The notes under the pieces are model-generated. The model saw nothing but the letters and a program-made list of their open reading frames with translations. It ran no database searches and had not been told where the DNA came from. A DNA stretch of 57,569 nt, the filler included, from Sphacelaria rigidula (lineage: Eukaryota): the NCBI GenBank assembly GCA_964200075.2. It is 8 parts of 8 records of this genome, joined end to end, with 100 filler letters (N's around TTAATTAATTAA, not from the genome) between each part and the next. Parts side by side here need not be neighbours in the genome. Positions count along the whole stretch, not along the records: positions 21,628 to 28,736 come from CAXNAA020016442.1; positions 28,837 to 35,945 come from CAXNAA020016443.1; 6 more parts are not named here. The stretch is one strand, 5' to 3'. Below are positions 22,222 to 35,870 of the stretch, piece by piece; position 1 is the stretch's first letter, and the number at the start of each line of letters is the position of its first letter. A program made the position numbers and the translations under genes.

Positions 22222-24468
22222 GAAATGTGTTACGAAACAGACACAGGCAAAACTAACCAGAACGCACCCGCAGAGCAAACTTAGAACCGAAGTAGCTCGG
22301 GTCCAAACCAAGGTGGGCGGTGTGATTCGAATGTGTGCCACACAAGCAGTCAATAACATGCGTACTTGGATTTTGTACAGGCCAAACTCGCACTTCACCG
22401 TCGATAAGTCATGTTCTGCGGTGTAAAATAGGATACTCGGATACAGGTTACTTGGCATTCAATAGTGTACCCGAATACGTGTTACCTTTTCAGTTATTGA
22501 ATAAACTTTTCCAGCACATTTACTTTATCCTCTCCAAAATCCTGATGTTCAGGACACAGAACAATGTATCATACCCCTACCCGCATAGCACGTTGTGATT
22601 AATATACAACACGCTACAGCGCAGTGTTGTGCAAACTAAACCTCCCCCTTGCTTTCCACCCCATCCTCTTGTAGAATCGGCACCGATCTATGCAACGACG
22701 CCAAGCCAGTGGACAGGCATGGGTGCTCCTACACTTTGTATGGCCAGAATCCAATCCAACATGGTCAGAACCCACACTTCACTACGGTCAGCATCCAATC
22801 CAACATGTTCAAAAACCGTGGTTTCTGTCATTTAATTCAATGCAGAGGTTACCCTACGGGCGTGGAGCCACTCCAACGCTAGACCAATCAGCCTTCAAAG
22901 TATGTGTCATATTTTACTGTGTTCAACAGGACGCACTCCACTCATGACGCTGAACCTGCTGCGTTATATTACTGCATCTAAAGCTCGAGGGTCTATCCAT
23001 GCCCATCATCAAAGCTTTTCCATCTGGATACACATAAGATACAGGTAAGCCAGTCTCTCTGTAACTCGGGATTGAATAAATATTGGGAGGCTACCTTGTC
23101 ATCATACCTCTTCGGCCGTCTTAGATGGTGACCGAACGTTATCACCTTCATTTTTGAAAGGAAAAATCGACTACGGGTACTGCGAGACAAAGACGGGGAG
23201 AAAACATGGCGGGAAATGAAAACGGAAAACAATAAAAAATAAGGCGTGGCGAGAAGCGGTACTTATCACCCTCACCACCCAGTATACGTCCCTCCCCTTT
23301 GACTAGCTTCTCCATGTGACACATTTTTGGGTATGTTCGGCACCATATCATTGCCTGCAGTACTCTATCGCGGGCTACGCTCGAGACCTGACTACCCGTA
23401 GGTTGTATAGACCGTACACCAAGATATGCCCGCACATGAGCAATCTGATTCAAGGACAAAGCCGCCAGCCTCTAGAAAACTGTTCGGTTACGGGACGCAA
23501 CGAACCAGGAAAAAAAAAGGAGTATAAGATCAAGAACAGGAACACAGGACTGGAAAAACAACACACAAAACGCAAAATAAAAAGAAACGAGCTTGCTCAC
23601 ATGCAAGCAAAGCTCTCTCACATGATGACCGCCTTTTGAAGCCGATGAAAACATAAATATACTAGGAACAATATCTCGCGGCTGCCTTGCAAATCGGTTC
23701 AGGATCGATCATGGATTTACGTGTGAAAAAAAAAAGAGCGAGAGAAAGAGAGATGACGACGACGACGACGACGACGTGACGCAGTCGTAGCGCGGACAAG
23801 CACTGGAAACAAAATGAGGGAAAACAAACAAACGGAGGCGAACAAAAGAAAGATGAAACGCGTGCTCATGTAGACACCGGGCTGCCTTCGCACCCGGCAA
23901 CTCCGCAGATCTTCACAGCCTCAAGTGGGCCAACATACCAGCGCAAAAAATAGCCTAGACAGATTATCAAGCTGTACTAGTGAAATAGTATCTTCAAAGC
24001 CAACGCACCACGTGGGACACCCAGCAACACAACGACCACAATCAAAATGCACACGAAAGTTGACGCAGGTTGGGGGTAACCGGAACGGAAACGAAAACAA
24101 AAAAACACTAGAATGAACGAGTTAAAGAAGAAAACAAGGGAGGGTCTTGCAGGTGCAAGCTTCAGCTCCCACATCACGGCACTCAACGCAGACGAAGAAT
24201 ATGGAAAACATCGCGTCACTGTTTTTCTGAAAGAAGCCGGCGCAAGGCAAAGCAGCCGCGAACAAATGCGAATGTAACGGCGGGCACGGAGAAAATCTTT
24301 TATAAATAAAAAGCGGGAATAAGTGTTCGGGAAAGCAAACATGCGCCAGGTGTGTAGAAAAAAAACAGAGAGCCTGTAAGCGGCACTTTTACCAAAGCCT
24401 TGTGGTGCACTTATTCAATGCACAGTATCTCCAATACCCTGACACCCGCGCTGTTGTCATCGTACCAT

Positions 24469-24520
24469 GGGGGGGGCGTACTCATTTGTTGCTTGCCTTA
24501 GTCATTTGACCATTGACCAC
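24469..24520 (-). mobile_element. Ultra-short (~45 nt plus tail) copy of the C-tailed LINE 3' end
   Basis: Flanked by taccatggggggg (24463-24475) and taccatgggaggg (24521-24533). Confidence 0.9.
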
Positions 24521-24896
24521 TACCATGGGAGGGATATGAGCCAGATGGCGGAACGCGATCCTATTCCGCCTGGCTTGAACACACACACCTGGACATGGTG
24601 GACCGACGACCTGGGAATGGTCTCCCGGGGTGGCAGCACTTTACACCCGTGCCACCTGCCAAACCGTGGCATCGCGGCCGGATTTGCGGAGCTGGTAAGA
24701 GTCGCGACCCACCTCCGTTATTTTTTAGGTGAGTCGACGTGCGCACGTGTGACAGTTACGTAGATTGGTAAAGAGGAGAACGTCAGGCGAGCAACGTGAG
24801 TGTACGCGATGGACAGTTGCACCCCACATTGGAACACCGAAAAGCACAAAGAGTACACTGGTATAATGTAATGCACTATGAGTTTTTGTCCATGGT

Positions 24897-25239
24897 GTGT
24901 ATTTTTTCCCGCCAGCAAACCCACGTACCCACGTACCTGGTACACGTACAGGTACCCAAAAACTGTCAACGCGCGCCCATACTAACTGCCTATGCCATCG
25001 CCCTCCGTCCCCCTTTTCCTGCGACGGGGGCGACGACGACAGGAACGCATCCGTTGTGGAACATCCCCGTGTATTTTTTCCCGTCAAATACCCACGTACC
25101 CACGTACCTGGTACACGTACGGGTACCCAAAAACTGTAGACGCGCACCCATAGCAATTGCCTTGTCATCGCCCTCCGTCCCCCTTTTCCTGCGACAGGGG
25201 CGGCGACGACAAGAACGCATCCCTTGTGGAACATCCCCG
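24897..25239 (+). repeat. Two-copy 172-bp tandem repeat
   Basis: The unit gtgtattttttcccg...cccacgtacccacgtacctggtacacgtac...ggaacatcccc starts at 24897 and again at 25069. Confidence 0.95.
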
Positions 25240-25380
25240 ACTCACGGTACCAACCTTTGAGGCCAAGGACCACGTGTACACTGACACATGTTCGACTACT
25301 TCTTTGCGAGCGACGAACAGCGCGAACGTTCCCGGTCAGCCGTGATAGGACCGTCGGCTCCAAGAAGAAGGCCACCCGCA

Positions 25381-25878
25381 ATGACTAACCTCAATCAACC
25401 GGACCAAAACGACGTACAGAATACGTCATCCATTTCGACGACCGGAACGGGGACGGCGGACGCGGGGACGGCGAACTCGGGGACGGCGAACACGGCGCAG
25501 CTACCGGCACAAGGGGGGAGAAACCCACAGAGCCTACCCGTCGCCACACCCGAAGACGGGGAGACCACTCCTGCACGGAGCACCGGCACCGCCGCGAGAT
25601 CCGCCACCACTTCCGCGCTCCCACAGCAGCTGCAGAAGCCGCAGAAGCCGAAGGAGGCAAGCGTGACCTCGGCGGCGGCGACCGACCTCGCGATTCCCCA
25701 GCATGATCCGATGGGTACGCGGAATTTCTCCCCTCGGGGGTTAATGGTGACTGAAGACGGCACACGTCAGAGTATCCGGAACAGGAAGCGCAAGAAGAAG
25801 AAAGAACCGGAAGGAGCGGAAGAAAAGGGTGGCGATCGTGTACCCTCAGGGGGAGAGGAGGGCGAGGATGGGGAATAG
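25381..25878 (+). CDS. Hypothetical low-complexity Thr/Ala-rich protein with a basic NLS-like patch and acidic tail (possibly element-encoded)
   Basis: GC-rich open frame (from 25288 or 25381) MTNLNQPDQ...RNRKRKKKKEPEG...EEGEDGE*, bracketed by tandem repeats. No recognisable domain. Confidence 0.35.
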   Translation: MTNLNQPDQNDVQNTSSISTTGTGTADAGTANSGTANTAQLPAQGGRNPQSLPVATPEDGETTPARSTGTAARSATTSALPQQLQKPQKPKEASVTSAAATDLAIPQHDPMGTRNFSPRGLMVTEDGTRQSIRNRKRKKKKEPEGAEEKGGDRVPSGGEEGEDGE

Positions 25879-26058
25879 ATTAGAGGTAGATGTGACAGGT
25901 ACGTGAGTACCGATCGGTGCGCACTGCTACGTACCTATCGGTACGTAACTGTACGTACCTACGTACTTGTCACAGGTTGGCGTACCGTCAGGGGAAGAGA
26001 AGGGCACGGAGAGGGGTACAGAAGCGGAGGAATGAAGTCATGCACGTTGGTTTATTGT

Positions 26059-26332
26059 CCAGGGTGTGCTTTGTTTTCCCTTCACCGACACAGCACACCA
26101 AAACAGTCACCATCGCTGCACCCGACAAACATAGAGGGTAAACCGCTATGATGCACCGCGATGTATTTTCCAGGGTGTGTATTGTTTCCCGTCACCGACA
26201 CAGTACACAAAAACAGTCACCATCGCTGCAACCGACGAACACAGAGGGTACACTGCTATAATGCACCGTGCTGTATTTTCCAGGGGATGTATTGTTTCTC
26301 GTCACCGACACAGCACACAACAACAGTCACCG
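26059..26332 (+). repeat. ~111-bp tandem repeat, ~2.5 copies
   Basis: ccaggg.gtg..ttgttt.ccgtcaccgacacag.acac.aaaacagtcacc at 26059, 26170 and 26280. Confidence 0.9.
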
Positions 26333-29300
26333 TACGTACGTACCTCTCAACTACATACCCACGTACCCGCGTACTCACGTACCCGCGTACCCACGTACCC
26401 AAGACAGCCGGGTACTGACGGTCAGGTACGGTGGTGCTACAGTCAAGCGGCCCAGCCCCGCAGACTAGCACTTGTTATCCAGACAGTAGTAACACTTCTG
26501 CCCTTTCCGTTTCCCGTCACAAAGAACATCATTAAGGGTACTGTGTGAATCCAAGCAGGGAAATATATCATCAGCACCCCCGAGGCAGGATGCTACTGAA
26601 GTCTTCGCGCACAAAATGGGTCACTGGGTGAATCAGGCAAACGAGAGGATAACACCCCTCGACACCGGAATGCCACGTAGGGCGGGCAACCAACACAAAT
26701 GAACACACGAACGCAAGTTAACAATATAGCCACTCGACCACGTAACACACATACACACGGGACAAAAAAGCGGTCACGAAGAATCCTTCGACGGCAAAAC
26801 TCCGCCTGCGCTTAATCTCTCTACACGAGCCTCGGGAAATACCGCAGCTAGACCGGAGCCTAGCAGCACCGACGCCAGATCGGAGGGTGGGGACGTCGGG
26901 TCTGCGTCCCCTGAGTCTGTACGCCTCCGAAGGAATACCTCCAGGGAGCACAGCAGCAACCGGGACACCTGGGATAAGAAAAGGATGAGACGCACAGAAA
27001 ACGAGCATGATTAATGGTGCACTCGATCACACATTTTTCGCAGCAGTGTTTTTTTAGTTGTATAAATCTTCGACCATGACAGGGGCTCCGATAGCCTTTT
27101 TTTTCCCATGATTTTTTATTGCTACGAAGCCTGGGGAGCACAATTCGTGTCGCGAAGCACGCACGCTTATGTGCATGACAGGCGGGTACCGAAAAGTCTG
27201 CATAGTGGGTTTGGTGAACAAGAATTCCCAGCACATTTTCTAGTAGAGTGAAGTGCACTGTGCTAAAGATTTCACACTTTCAATTCCATTGCCATAGCAG
27301 TGGCAACACACACATATTTTCACATTATATATATATATGTATGTGTGTGATTTCCGGGCACTCCACAAAACCACCCACCACGACACGAGAAATTTATTTC
27401 TGTCTCCGAGTCTTCCGAAGTAATTTATTCGGAACTCCTGGAGAGCTGCAACGTCCTGGCGGCCTACCTGATCGTTGAAGGTCATGCTGTCCATTTTGCC
27501 GGCACCCCCTGTCTGCCTTACTCTGTCGGGAGCGAACAGCGCCATGTCGGAGAAGTTCATGTGTGCTGGATTCAGGCAACGAAAGGGGCGCCGGGGGGAA
27601 AGAAGCATACACAAAGAAGGAGGGTGACTTCGTCCATGAGTCGTGGTAAAGAGGGTAGTTGAATATTCGATTCATGTGCTTGGTCATGACGTCGTTAAAT
27701 ATGAATCGACGTGCTGTCGGTATATTTCAGGAATGTAAGAGTATCGTCGTTGGAAGATGTGGAGATGATTAGGACTTGCTGGTAAATTAAGCAATGAAAG
27801 CAACTTGTTTTCTACACAGGGTTGATGGAAGCACAGCGATTGGGAAGAATAATGCGTTGAATGAGCCCAAAATGCACCGCTTGCGAAACAAAATGCGTTT
27901 GAACGAGGAGTTTTGGTCAACACCAAGTCATATCGTGAGAACCACGCAGAACAAACTACAGATCACCATCCACACATCAGATCGAATGCGCTGATTCAAA
28001 AAGTGTACTCGGATATGATGATTTTTCTTACACCGCACAGATCAACGTTCAACGATGATGTCATGCTTGTACGTGGCTATCTTGCAATGATGACGATATC
28101 CACTCTGTGATGTGCTCACACCGTGATGCGCATGAAAAAGGAGTGTTGACAAGCTTGCCCTAGAAGGGAAAAGTCGTTGAAATAAAGAAAGGGCGTCCGA
28201 CGCAAAGGGCGCAGTAACGTGTGTGTGTGTGTGTACCCGGCGGTTTTGTAACTTCTGTAGGGCTTTCAAACCGCTACCTGATAGTTAAGTGAGTTCTGCA
28301 ATCTTCCCATACCCTTACCGGGGTCATGGCTATATCCTTACAAAAATATCCGGTTGCGAGTACGGTTTTTCTGCGCAGTCTCCATACCCTGCCCGACAAG
28401 TTCTGTTAATTCTGGAAGACTCTCATACTGGTACCCGACAATTCTTTAACTTATGTAAGGCTTTCATACCGGTACCTGATAGTTATGTGAGTCCTGGAAG
28501 CCTCCCATACCTCTACCCTGGGTTAGGGCATACCCTTGCAGATATATACCCGACGCAGACACGAGGACAGGTATGTACCCTGGGGACGTATGGATGTAGC
28601 TTGAATCCCGGCACAATCTGATAACCTGAACTTGTGCTCCAAATCCCCATCAATCAACCCCCCCCTCATTCACTAAAGCTCCCCCCACACCTCTAGACTC
28701 TTGGGTTGGCGTCGAGTGGCAACGGCGCTGTAAAACNNNNNNNNNNNNNNNNNNNNNNNNNNNNNNNNNNNNNNNNNNNNTTAATTAATTAANNNNNNNN
28801 NNNNNNNNNNNNNNNNNNNNNNNNNNNNNNNNNNNNGGGGCGGGCGGGGGGGCCCGGGGGGCGCATCTACGAGAGCAACTACGGGGGGGTATTTGTTATC
28901 TCCCCAAGAACTTTCTAAGATTTCCGGCTCACCGGTGTTTTTCGAAAAATTCCCGGCGCACAGGATTTACTATCCCAACTACACCGCCCGCCCGTTCCTG
29001 ACCCTCCACCCCGCCGCGCCGCTTCGACGGTGGTGCTGGAGGCTTTCTGGCCGCCTCAAGGCAAGCACCTCCGCGACGAGACGGCTCGACGGTTGCTTCG
29101 CAAACGCCATATACGACACCTGAGCGGGTGGCAAGCGGGGCAGGCGCATAACAGTAAAAAAGTGAAGTTTTCATAAATGAGAGTGCATTGCAACCCCTTG
29201 CGCATCCTACTATTATGGGAGAGTTTACGGGGTTACCGGCGACCCATAGCCTGCAACCCGTTGACAATGTCGAACGGTCACATATGTATACAAATATGCG

Positions 29301-30521
29301 AGTTGTTTTCGTCGGAAGGGAAGAGGGGACGCGGATTCGTCCTGGTGAAGAACGGTGGAAGGGGCGTGGGGGTCAACACCGTCTACCGTTTGTTCTACAG
29401 CATTCGCTGGCTATTGTAGAATTTGATTGTCGTACCGTTGTAGAGGGTCTTCGTTAGAAATTGTTCCCAGAGGGGGCACGTCTGCATGCAGTTGGAAAAC
29501 CCACAAGGATGTACTATTATAATCGTACTCTCAAAGCTCTCTACACTTGATTTTCTGTGGATGGAGTTTTTGTTTGGTGGACGCTACTAACCACTTTGCG
29601 TGATCCGTCATTCCTTGAGTATCACGTCGTCGGCGTGTGTTGGACCGATCGTCCCCTTCAGCGTGCACCCTAACCAGCATTGTTTGACCTTCACGTCAAT
29701 CATGACCTGTTCTGCCGTACGCTATGGAATCGTTTTACTTTAGCGCCGACGGAAGTTGGTGTTCTCGAACCGCAGTGATACTGGCCTGTTGTTCTATTCT
29801 GCCTCGTGGAGCAAGAATGACAGCAGCAAACACGTACATGCACAAAACACATACAAACAGCTAGAAACAAACTAAAATAAGCACGGCTCAATCGCACAAG
29901 AGACAACCAGTGATTGGCACTTTTGTTCGTACTGAACGGGCAACCTTCTGATCGGGATCCGCGGAGAACAGATAGGCCGTGAGAAGACAAACAATGGAAT
30001 AGCCCATAATATACGCGAAGCGCCGGTCGGAGCCGACCTTAAAGTAAGGAACACACGCACCCCCCGCTCTCGTGCAACTTGCACACAACCCCCCGCCACC
30101 CCCTCTCACCCAGAAGAGAACAATCACGACTAGGGTTCGCTTCCCCACCTGTCGTGACATCTTCTACCCTTGCCTCCCGTAGGTGGCGTTTTTACCGCGG
30201 TACAAAAAGTGAAAAAAGAGAGAGAGAGAGAGAAGGAGGGATGATACTGCATGTGACGATCATGATGATGAGCTGAGTTGGCTTTCCTCTTTTTATGTCA
30301 AACGTTTTGCCTCAAAAACAAAATCAAAATCAAAATCAAAAACGAAAACAAAAACGCAACATAGCAAAGGCGTGCCACTGCTTACTCCCCGTGGAGAGCT
30401 CACCTCGCACAGCAGTGCTTTACGGCCTTTCTCCGAATCGAACATCCCCCCCTTTTGGGACGGACAAGGTCAAAAACTAAAATCACATAAAATTCACGAC
30501 TCCCTTCAGGACCCAATGTAC

Positions 30522-30718
30522 CGGGTAAGGGGATAGCTACGGTCCCGCCATCGGCAGCTGGTGCTGGTGCTGCTCCTGCTGCTGGTGTCGTGGTGGCCGA
30601 AGAAGTCCATGCATCCGAGTTGCACTTGACGATGCTGCCCCCTGCCGTGGCAATGACCACCGATGGTTGATCCCCCAGCGCAGTAATTGCGGGGTGGAGC
30701 ATTGGTGCGGCCGAAACC
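30522..30718 (-). CDS. Probable coding exon of an unidentified host gene (MLHPAITALGDQPSVVIATAGGSIVKCNSDAW...)
   Basis: GC-rich codon-like stretch bounded on the minus strand by aaaacag| and |GTACAT. Confidence 0.45.
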
Positions 30719-32075
30719 TGTTTTGCGTACACAGTTCGGTGCGTGAGCGCGCGCGGTGAGTGACGCGAGTGGTAAGGCTTGTGCTCTGCTCCCTTCCTCT
30801 CATTGTGTCTTGCTGTGTGTCTCGCTGTATATTATCAACTTTTCTGCGTACGAAAAGAGTAAAACTTCTATTCCTCTCCTTCTTCTGGCTTCGTGTTGAT
30901 ATGTGCGCCGTAAAGGACTCGAGCACAAATTTTGCTTCTTGTGACTTTGTTTTTCCCTTCCAATGATCATTTTGTATTTCAATGTTGTGAAATAAGAATG
31001 CCCTGACAGCGAAGATCTCAAAATTCTGGCAGCGGCTCAAGAGTTTTTTTTTCTTTGTCTTTCTTTTCCTGTGCCCCCTTTTTTTCCCCCCGCGGTCGCC
31101 ACAACACGACTTCGCCCACGCTCGGTGTCGTTTGGTACTGAAGCGTGCCATCTTTTTCACCAATACTAAGATAATACACATACGAAGCAAAAACTTCGTG
31201 CTCAGGCGTTTCCTCTTGATATGTTGTTCGGTGCGTGTTATACGCAGTTGTTCTCATGCGTTCATCTCGATTTCGGCATGGCACGTATGTACGTATACAC
31301 CACTAGGATTTCAGGGGCAAGACATTTTGAGTCGTCGTCTAGGAAACAACGGTGTTGGATGGGTTGATATCTATGTGCGCCGGGTACCCTAGTGTGCACA
31401 TATGCACTTTCATACTAGAAACAAGACATAACGCCTGAAAAAAGCTCCCGCGAAAGGGGAATATGTCCCGCGTAAGGAAGGACATGCCTAATTCCGTGCC
31501 CCGCGAGTACGAAGCGCACGTGAGATCTATCGAATGTCTAGAATACTAAGCGTACAACGTTTTGCGCACGACGCACGCAACGAACAGCATCTCCGCCCTC
31601 TGTACAGTCCCATGGGGAACATGGCGTGGCGTTTCCAACCAAACCAAACGGAGCACACACACAGAGAGACCTTCCTCGTATCCATCAACAATGACACAGG
31701 AGCAGCTGTCGAGACTAGAATATGTGAACAGAATGGCACAGTAACGACGGTATGTGTGATGGTACGTTGTGCTGTGTATCACGTGTGGAACGACAGGCAT
31801 CGCAGCCCACACTACTAGAGTTATGCCACGGCAGGGGCGCACAAAATGTTTCCTAGCTTTGAAATGCTAGGAGCTATCCCATAAAATAAAAATAAAGCGG
31901 CATATGAAGTACGTGATAGCACGCCTTCGGCTAGGGATACCTTGATTGAAATTCATAATGTTAATACTGTACTGTCTCGACTCAAATGGTTTTGTGTAGC
32001 TCCGAAGTCAAGGAGCCCCTCGATGAGAGACATCTGGGCCAAACTGTGCAACCCCTACCGGGTCGTGCTACGATA

Positions 32076-32400
32076 GGGGGTGTATTAATGGTCATGCATG
32101 CCACGGTCATCAGACCATTGACCTCGCATCCCTACAAACCCAGGATGGAGTGCGCCGGGTATTCGCCGGACCAGGCTCGCACACTCAATCGCCAAGCGCG
32201 AAGCGCCGTGCTGTGTTCGGCGAGTCGCATGAAGGGTGAGCTGCATCCTGCTAAGATTGTTCGGCCTGAAGCCTACTGATTATCTTGCATTTGGATGACA
32301 GCCTCCAATGACTTGCTTTATTCTCTAGTATCGCCAGTTCCAGAGACAGCCACGGCTTATGTACTGCCTCATGGGTGTCTTGCCATATAAACAGTAGGTA
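32076..32400 (-). mobile_element. 3' fragment of a second C-tailed LINE-like lineage
   Basis: Minus strand ...gggatgcgaggtcaatggtctgatgaccgtggcatgcatgaccattaatacaccccc. The body is homologous to 35270-35580. Confidence 0.7.
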
Positions 32401-32500
32401 GTACGATCTTTGGGTCATTTTTTCCGTAAAATCCCACTTCAAATCGTCGTCGGAAGCAGCAACGGCTGTTCGAACGCGGTTGATACAGATCAATGTCAGT

Positions 32501-32710
32501 AGAGCGTTTCGAAAAACACCTTTTTGTCATCTCAGAATGCAAATATCTCAGGATCAGAGAGTAACGAAAAATTAATTCTCCCTCCTCCGTCAAATGCGGT
32601 ATCCTCCTAAATTTTTTTCGATGAGTTTTTTTTTTACATATATTCTGCGCTCTTATCCTGAGATATTTGCACTCTGAAATGACAAAAAGAAGTGTTTCCC
32701 GAGACTTTTT
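32501..32710. mobile_element. ~210-bp MITE with long imperfect TIRs
   Basis: ctttttgtcatctcagaatgcaaatatctcaggat / atcctgagatatttgcactctgaaatgacaaaaag. Confidence 0.8.
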
Positions 32711-35273
32711 AGTGACGATGATTCGTTCATGCTGCTTGACAACGTTTTCATCCAACTACAGGCGTATCGCGAGTGTGTCAGGTCGTCTGACACACCGATG
32801 AGACCCCTTGTCGTGAAGTATAACCCCCCCCACCCCCCTCCCGGCTATCGTAGCATGACTCCACCATGGTGTAACAAATTAATTTAGAGCGTGCATTTAC
32901 AGTCAGCCTCTACAGACAACGCGCAAAGGACGAGTGCTTGGGTACGGGTGACTTTTTCAACATAAAAATCGAAGTGTGTCGACACGTTGTGTTACTGTAC
33001 ACTCAACACACACACTCACAAAATAACCATAACAGCAGCATAATAGCACACACGTGTTCTATGCTATTAATAGGGGGGGAAAAAATCAAGATCGAAACGC
33101 GTTCGAAAAGAAACGACAAAACCCATGAAGAGCATGAAAAGGCCAAGCCGACACATACTCTGGAAATCAATTCCAAATGTTTCAACAACACTCGAAATAT
33201 TTTGACAGAGTACTCTGTAGTGATCGTTGTTAACTTATCGAATAATGTTCTTCTCTTCTCATTATTCGATGCAAGGCAGGCGACCCTCAAATCGCCGTCC
33301 ACCTTTACACCGGACTGCCCTCCAAGCTATACCTTCGTGTCCCTTCCCGGGAACGCTCTAAGCAAGGCTTGAACGCTCCCATTGTCACCGGCATCACCCT
33401 TAGCATCCCCAACTCCACCCCGATCAGCGCGTTGTCCTAGTCCCGCCTTTTCAATGTCTCCAATCCACTGCGCCGTTTTCTTGCTGATGGTACAACGTTC
33501 GAGGTCATCTGGGCGGACGATCAGCCTGGCGTCATATTATTCCAAATGCGTGTATAAAAAACATATGCTTATTGAGGTTTCCCACGATATCTTTCAGAAC
33601 AAATCACATGCAAATGAAATCTCCGGCCGTGATGTGTGGCCTCGCTCATCCGAAAAACAATCCATGCGCAATTAGTAATATTCCATCCATAGTTGGTAAA
33701 ATCCCGTGATCACACGGGATTCTGACGTATGGGACTTATATATTTTTACGGGAATGAACGGAGTTAATATAAATTGGTCAGTATAAACACGGGGTTGTAC
33801 GCCTGCGGACGGATTCTTCGGAGGATGATGAGCGAGACGACACATTACGACCGGACATTGGGTCTGCATTTTGATTTATCAAAGTATTTCGATGCTTACG
33901 AAATATCCCGAAGCTTTGTCTTCCTCAAACAATTCGTTCGCAGTTTGTAAAAACCCCGTGCATACGTCAATGAGTTGCGATCGTTCGTTTGAGGTGGAAG
34001 ATGTGAGTGTACATGTGTAGCTGTTTCGATCGTTTTCAAGACCCCGTCGATGTTCCTTGGGTTCATTGATTGATTGATTGATTGTTGCAGTTCAACTGGG
34101 TGTGGCGAGTTAATTTCCCTGACGTTGCGTGTCGCCCACTCGACCTATTTTTCTTATCGTACCTCTAGCCTTGGCTCTGATAATTACCGGTAGCACCAGG
34201 CCTCGCAGCATCTTGATTTCACAGGTAACTTCCGTTGACTTAGGCGGTGGGCCCTCTTTTGTGATGAGTTGTGTCCCTCACTGCTACCGCAATTGGTGAA
34301 ATGAAGCTAGTAATGACGCTAATGCAAAAGTGGTTTTCTCCAAAACAACAAGCCGGCGTGTTTCGTCGGCTTGACTTTTCCGCACGGCATAGCAAAAACG
34401 CTTTCTAAAATACGCGACTATCTTACTACGTAGATTCGATCCCCCATGCCCTCTTCGTTGCCTACATCAAAATAGTGATATCCCAAACTGTCCAATTAGT
34501 CAGGCAGTTACACTCACAGTGCTTTACTGACAGCGGAACGGCTTTCCAAACTCTATACTGTGAGGGTATCTACCTTTTTGGGGGTCGGAAAAATAAAAGT
34601 ACGAGTTGGGCCGGCCAATAATTCCACTTGGCGGTTGAATACTTTCACCCTGCCTCATTTTAGGAGTTACTTCGTAGTTAGGAGCTGAAATGTTGACACG
34701 AGGTTATTATAATCAACATGCGAAAAGCAGCCGAAGCTCTCTGACCCCTGACCACTGAAACTTAGAGCAATAATGTGAAATTGATGGGAAAGAAAAGAAG
34801 AGGGAAATGTCATACCATACGATACTTGAACAGACCTCGAACGGACGAGATGGGAAAAAAACGCGAAGCATGATATGATCGATACAGAAGTCGTGCGCAC
34901 GGCTTGCAAAACAACGCCGATTCGCGGTTTAGCCCCGTTCAGGAGTGGTCACAAACTCATGCGATTCTATTGCTAGAAGCGGTTTGTGTAATCATGCACA
35001 ATTTTGAGGATGAATTACTAGCTCTCTACATGGAAGACCTTTGTGTTTTGGGCGCAACACACAACAAAAAGTTAACTGCAGCTGTCTTTTGTCGGAGGAA
35101 TAACGTAGCGGGTGTATCGCACCACGGTGCAGTAGATATACAGTACATGCTGCGGTTTGGTCGACGGGCATGTCAGCCTGATAAGCGACGAGTGCAGCAT
35201 CTGGGTCCACCCTTGGTTGGCTCTGCTCAACAACAACCGATGTCTTAGTATGCTCATACAGTAACGTTGGGGT

Positions 35274-35580
35274 GGGGGGGGGTACTCATGATCTTGCGTG
35301 TCGTAGTCGAAAGACCGTTGACCTCGCATTCCTGCAAAGTCGGGACAGGCCACGCCGAGTTTTCGCCGGCCCAGGCGCAATCACCAATCGCGAAGCACCG
35401 TGAGGTACCCGGCGAGTCGCATTAGGGATGACCGGTATCCTGCCACCATTGTTCAGCCCGGAGCATACTACCCATCTTGCACATAGGTGGAAGCCTGGGA
35501 TGAGTTGCTCTATTTCCTGCTAACGCCACTTCCAGGAAACAGCCACAATGGGTCACACTGCCTCATGGGTGTCTGTCTCA
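35274..35580 (-). mobile_element. 3' fragment of a related C-tailed LINE-like lineage
   Basis: Minus strand ...ggaatgcgaggtcaacggtctttcgactacgacacgcaagatcatgagtaccccccccc, homologous to 32076-32400. Confidence 0.7.
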
Positions 35581-35645
35581 CCATATACGCATTACGTGTT
35601 CCGATCATCCCCTTTTGCGCGGAGTTGAGGTTCTACCACCCCGTC

Positions 35646-35724
35646 TGCTCCCGTCTCAAAAGGGATGCGTGGTCAATGGTCAAACGACTAAGGCAAGCAA
35701 CGAATGAGTACGTCTCCCCCCCCC
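35646..35724 (+). mobile_element. Mini-copy of the C-tailed LINE 3' end
   Basis: tgctcccgtctcaaaagggatgcgtggtcaatggtcaaacgactaaggcaagcaacgaatgagtacgtct followed by C9. Confidence 0.9.
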
Positions 35725-35870
35725 ACACCCACCCCACACGGTATTATCGAAAGCGACCACCATCATGGTAGGCAACGCAAGCGAAAAAATATGCCGTAAC
35801 CTGGCTACCTAGCTTCCGCAGTGAGTGGCGTGTTTAACAGCGACGCTGCCAACCGATGTCAACCTTTAAC

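Noticed and set aside
24897-26332. CRISPR-like array
   Set aside because: Units are 111-172-bp whole tandem duplications without unique spacers, the context is eukaryotic, and no cas genes are present.
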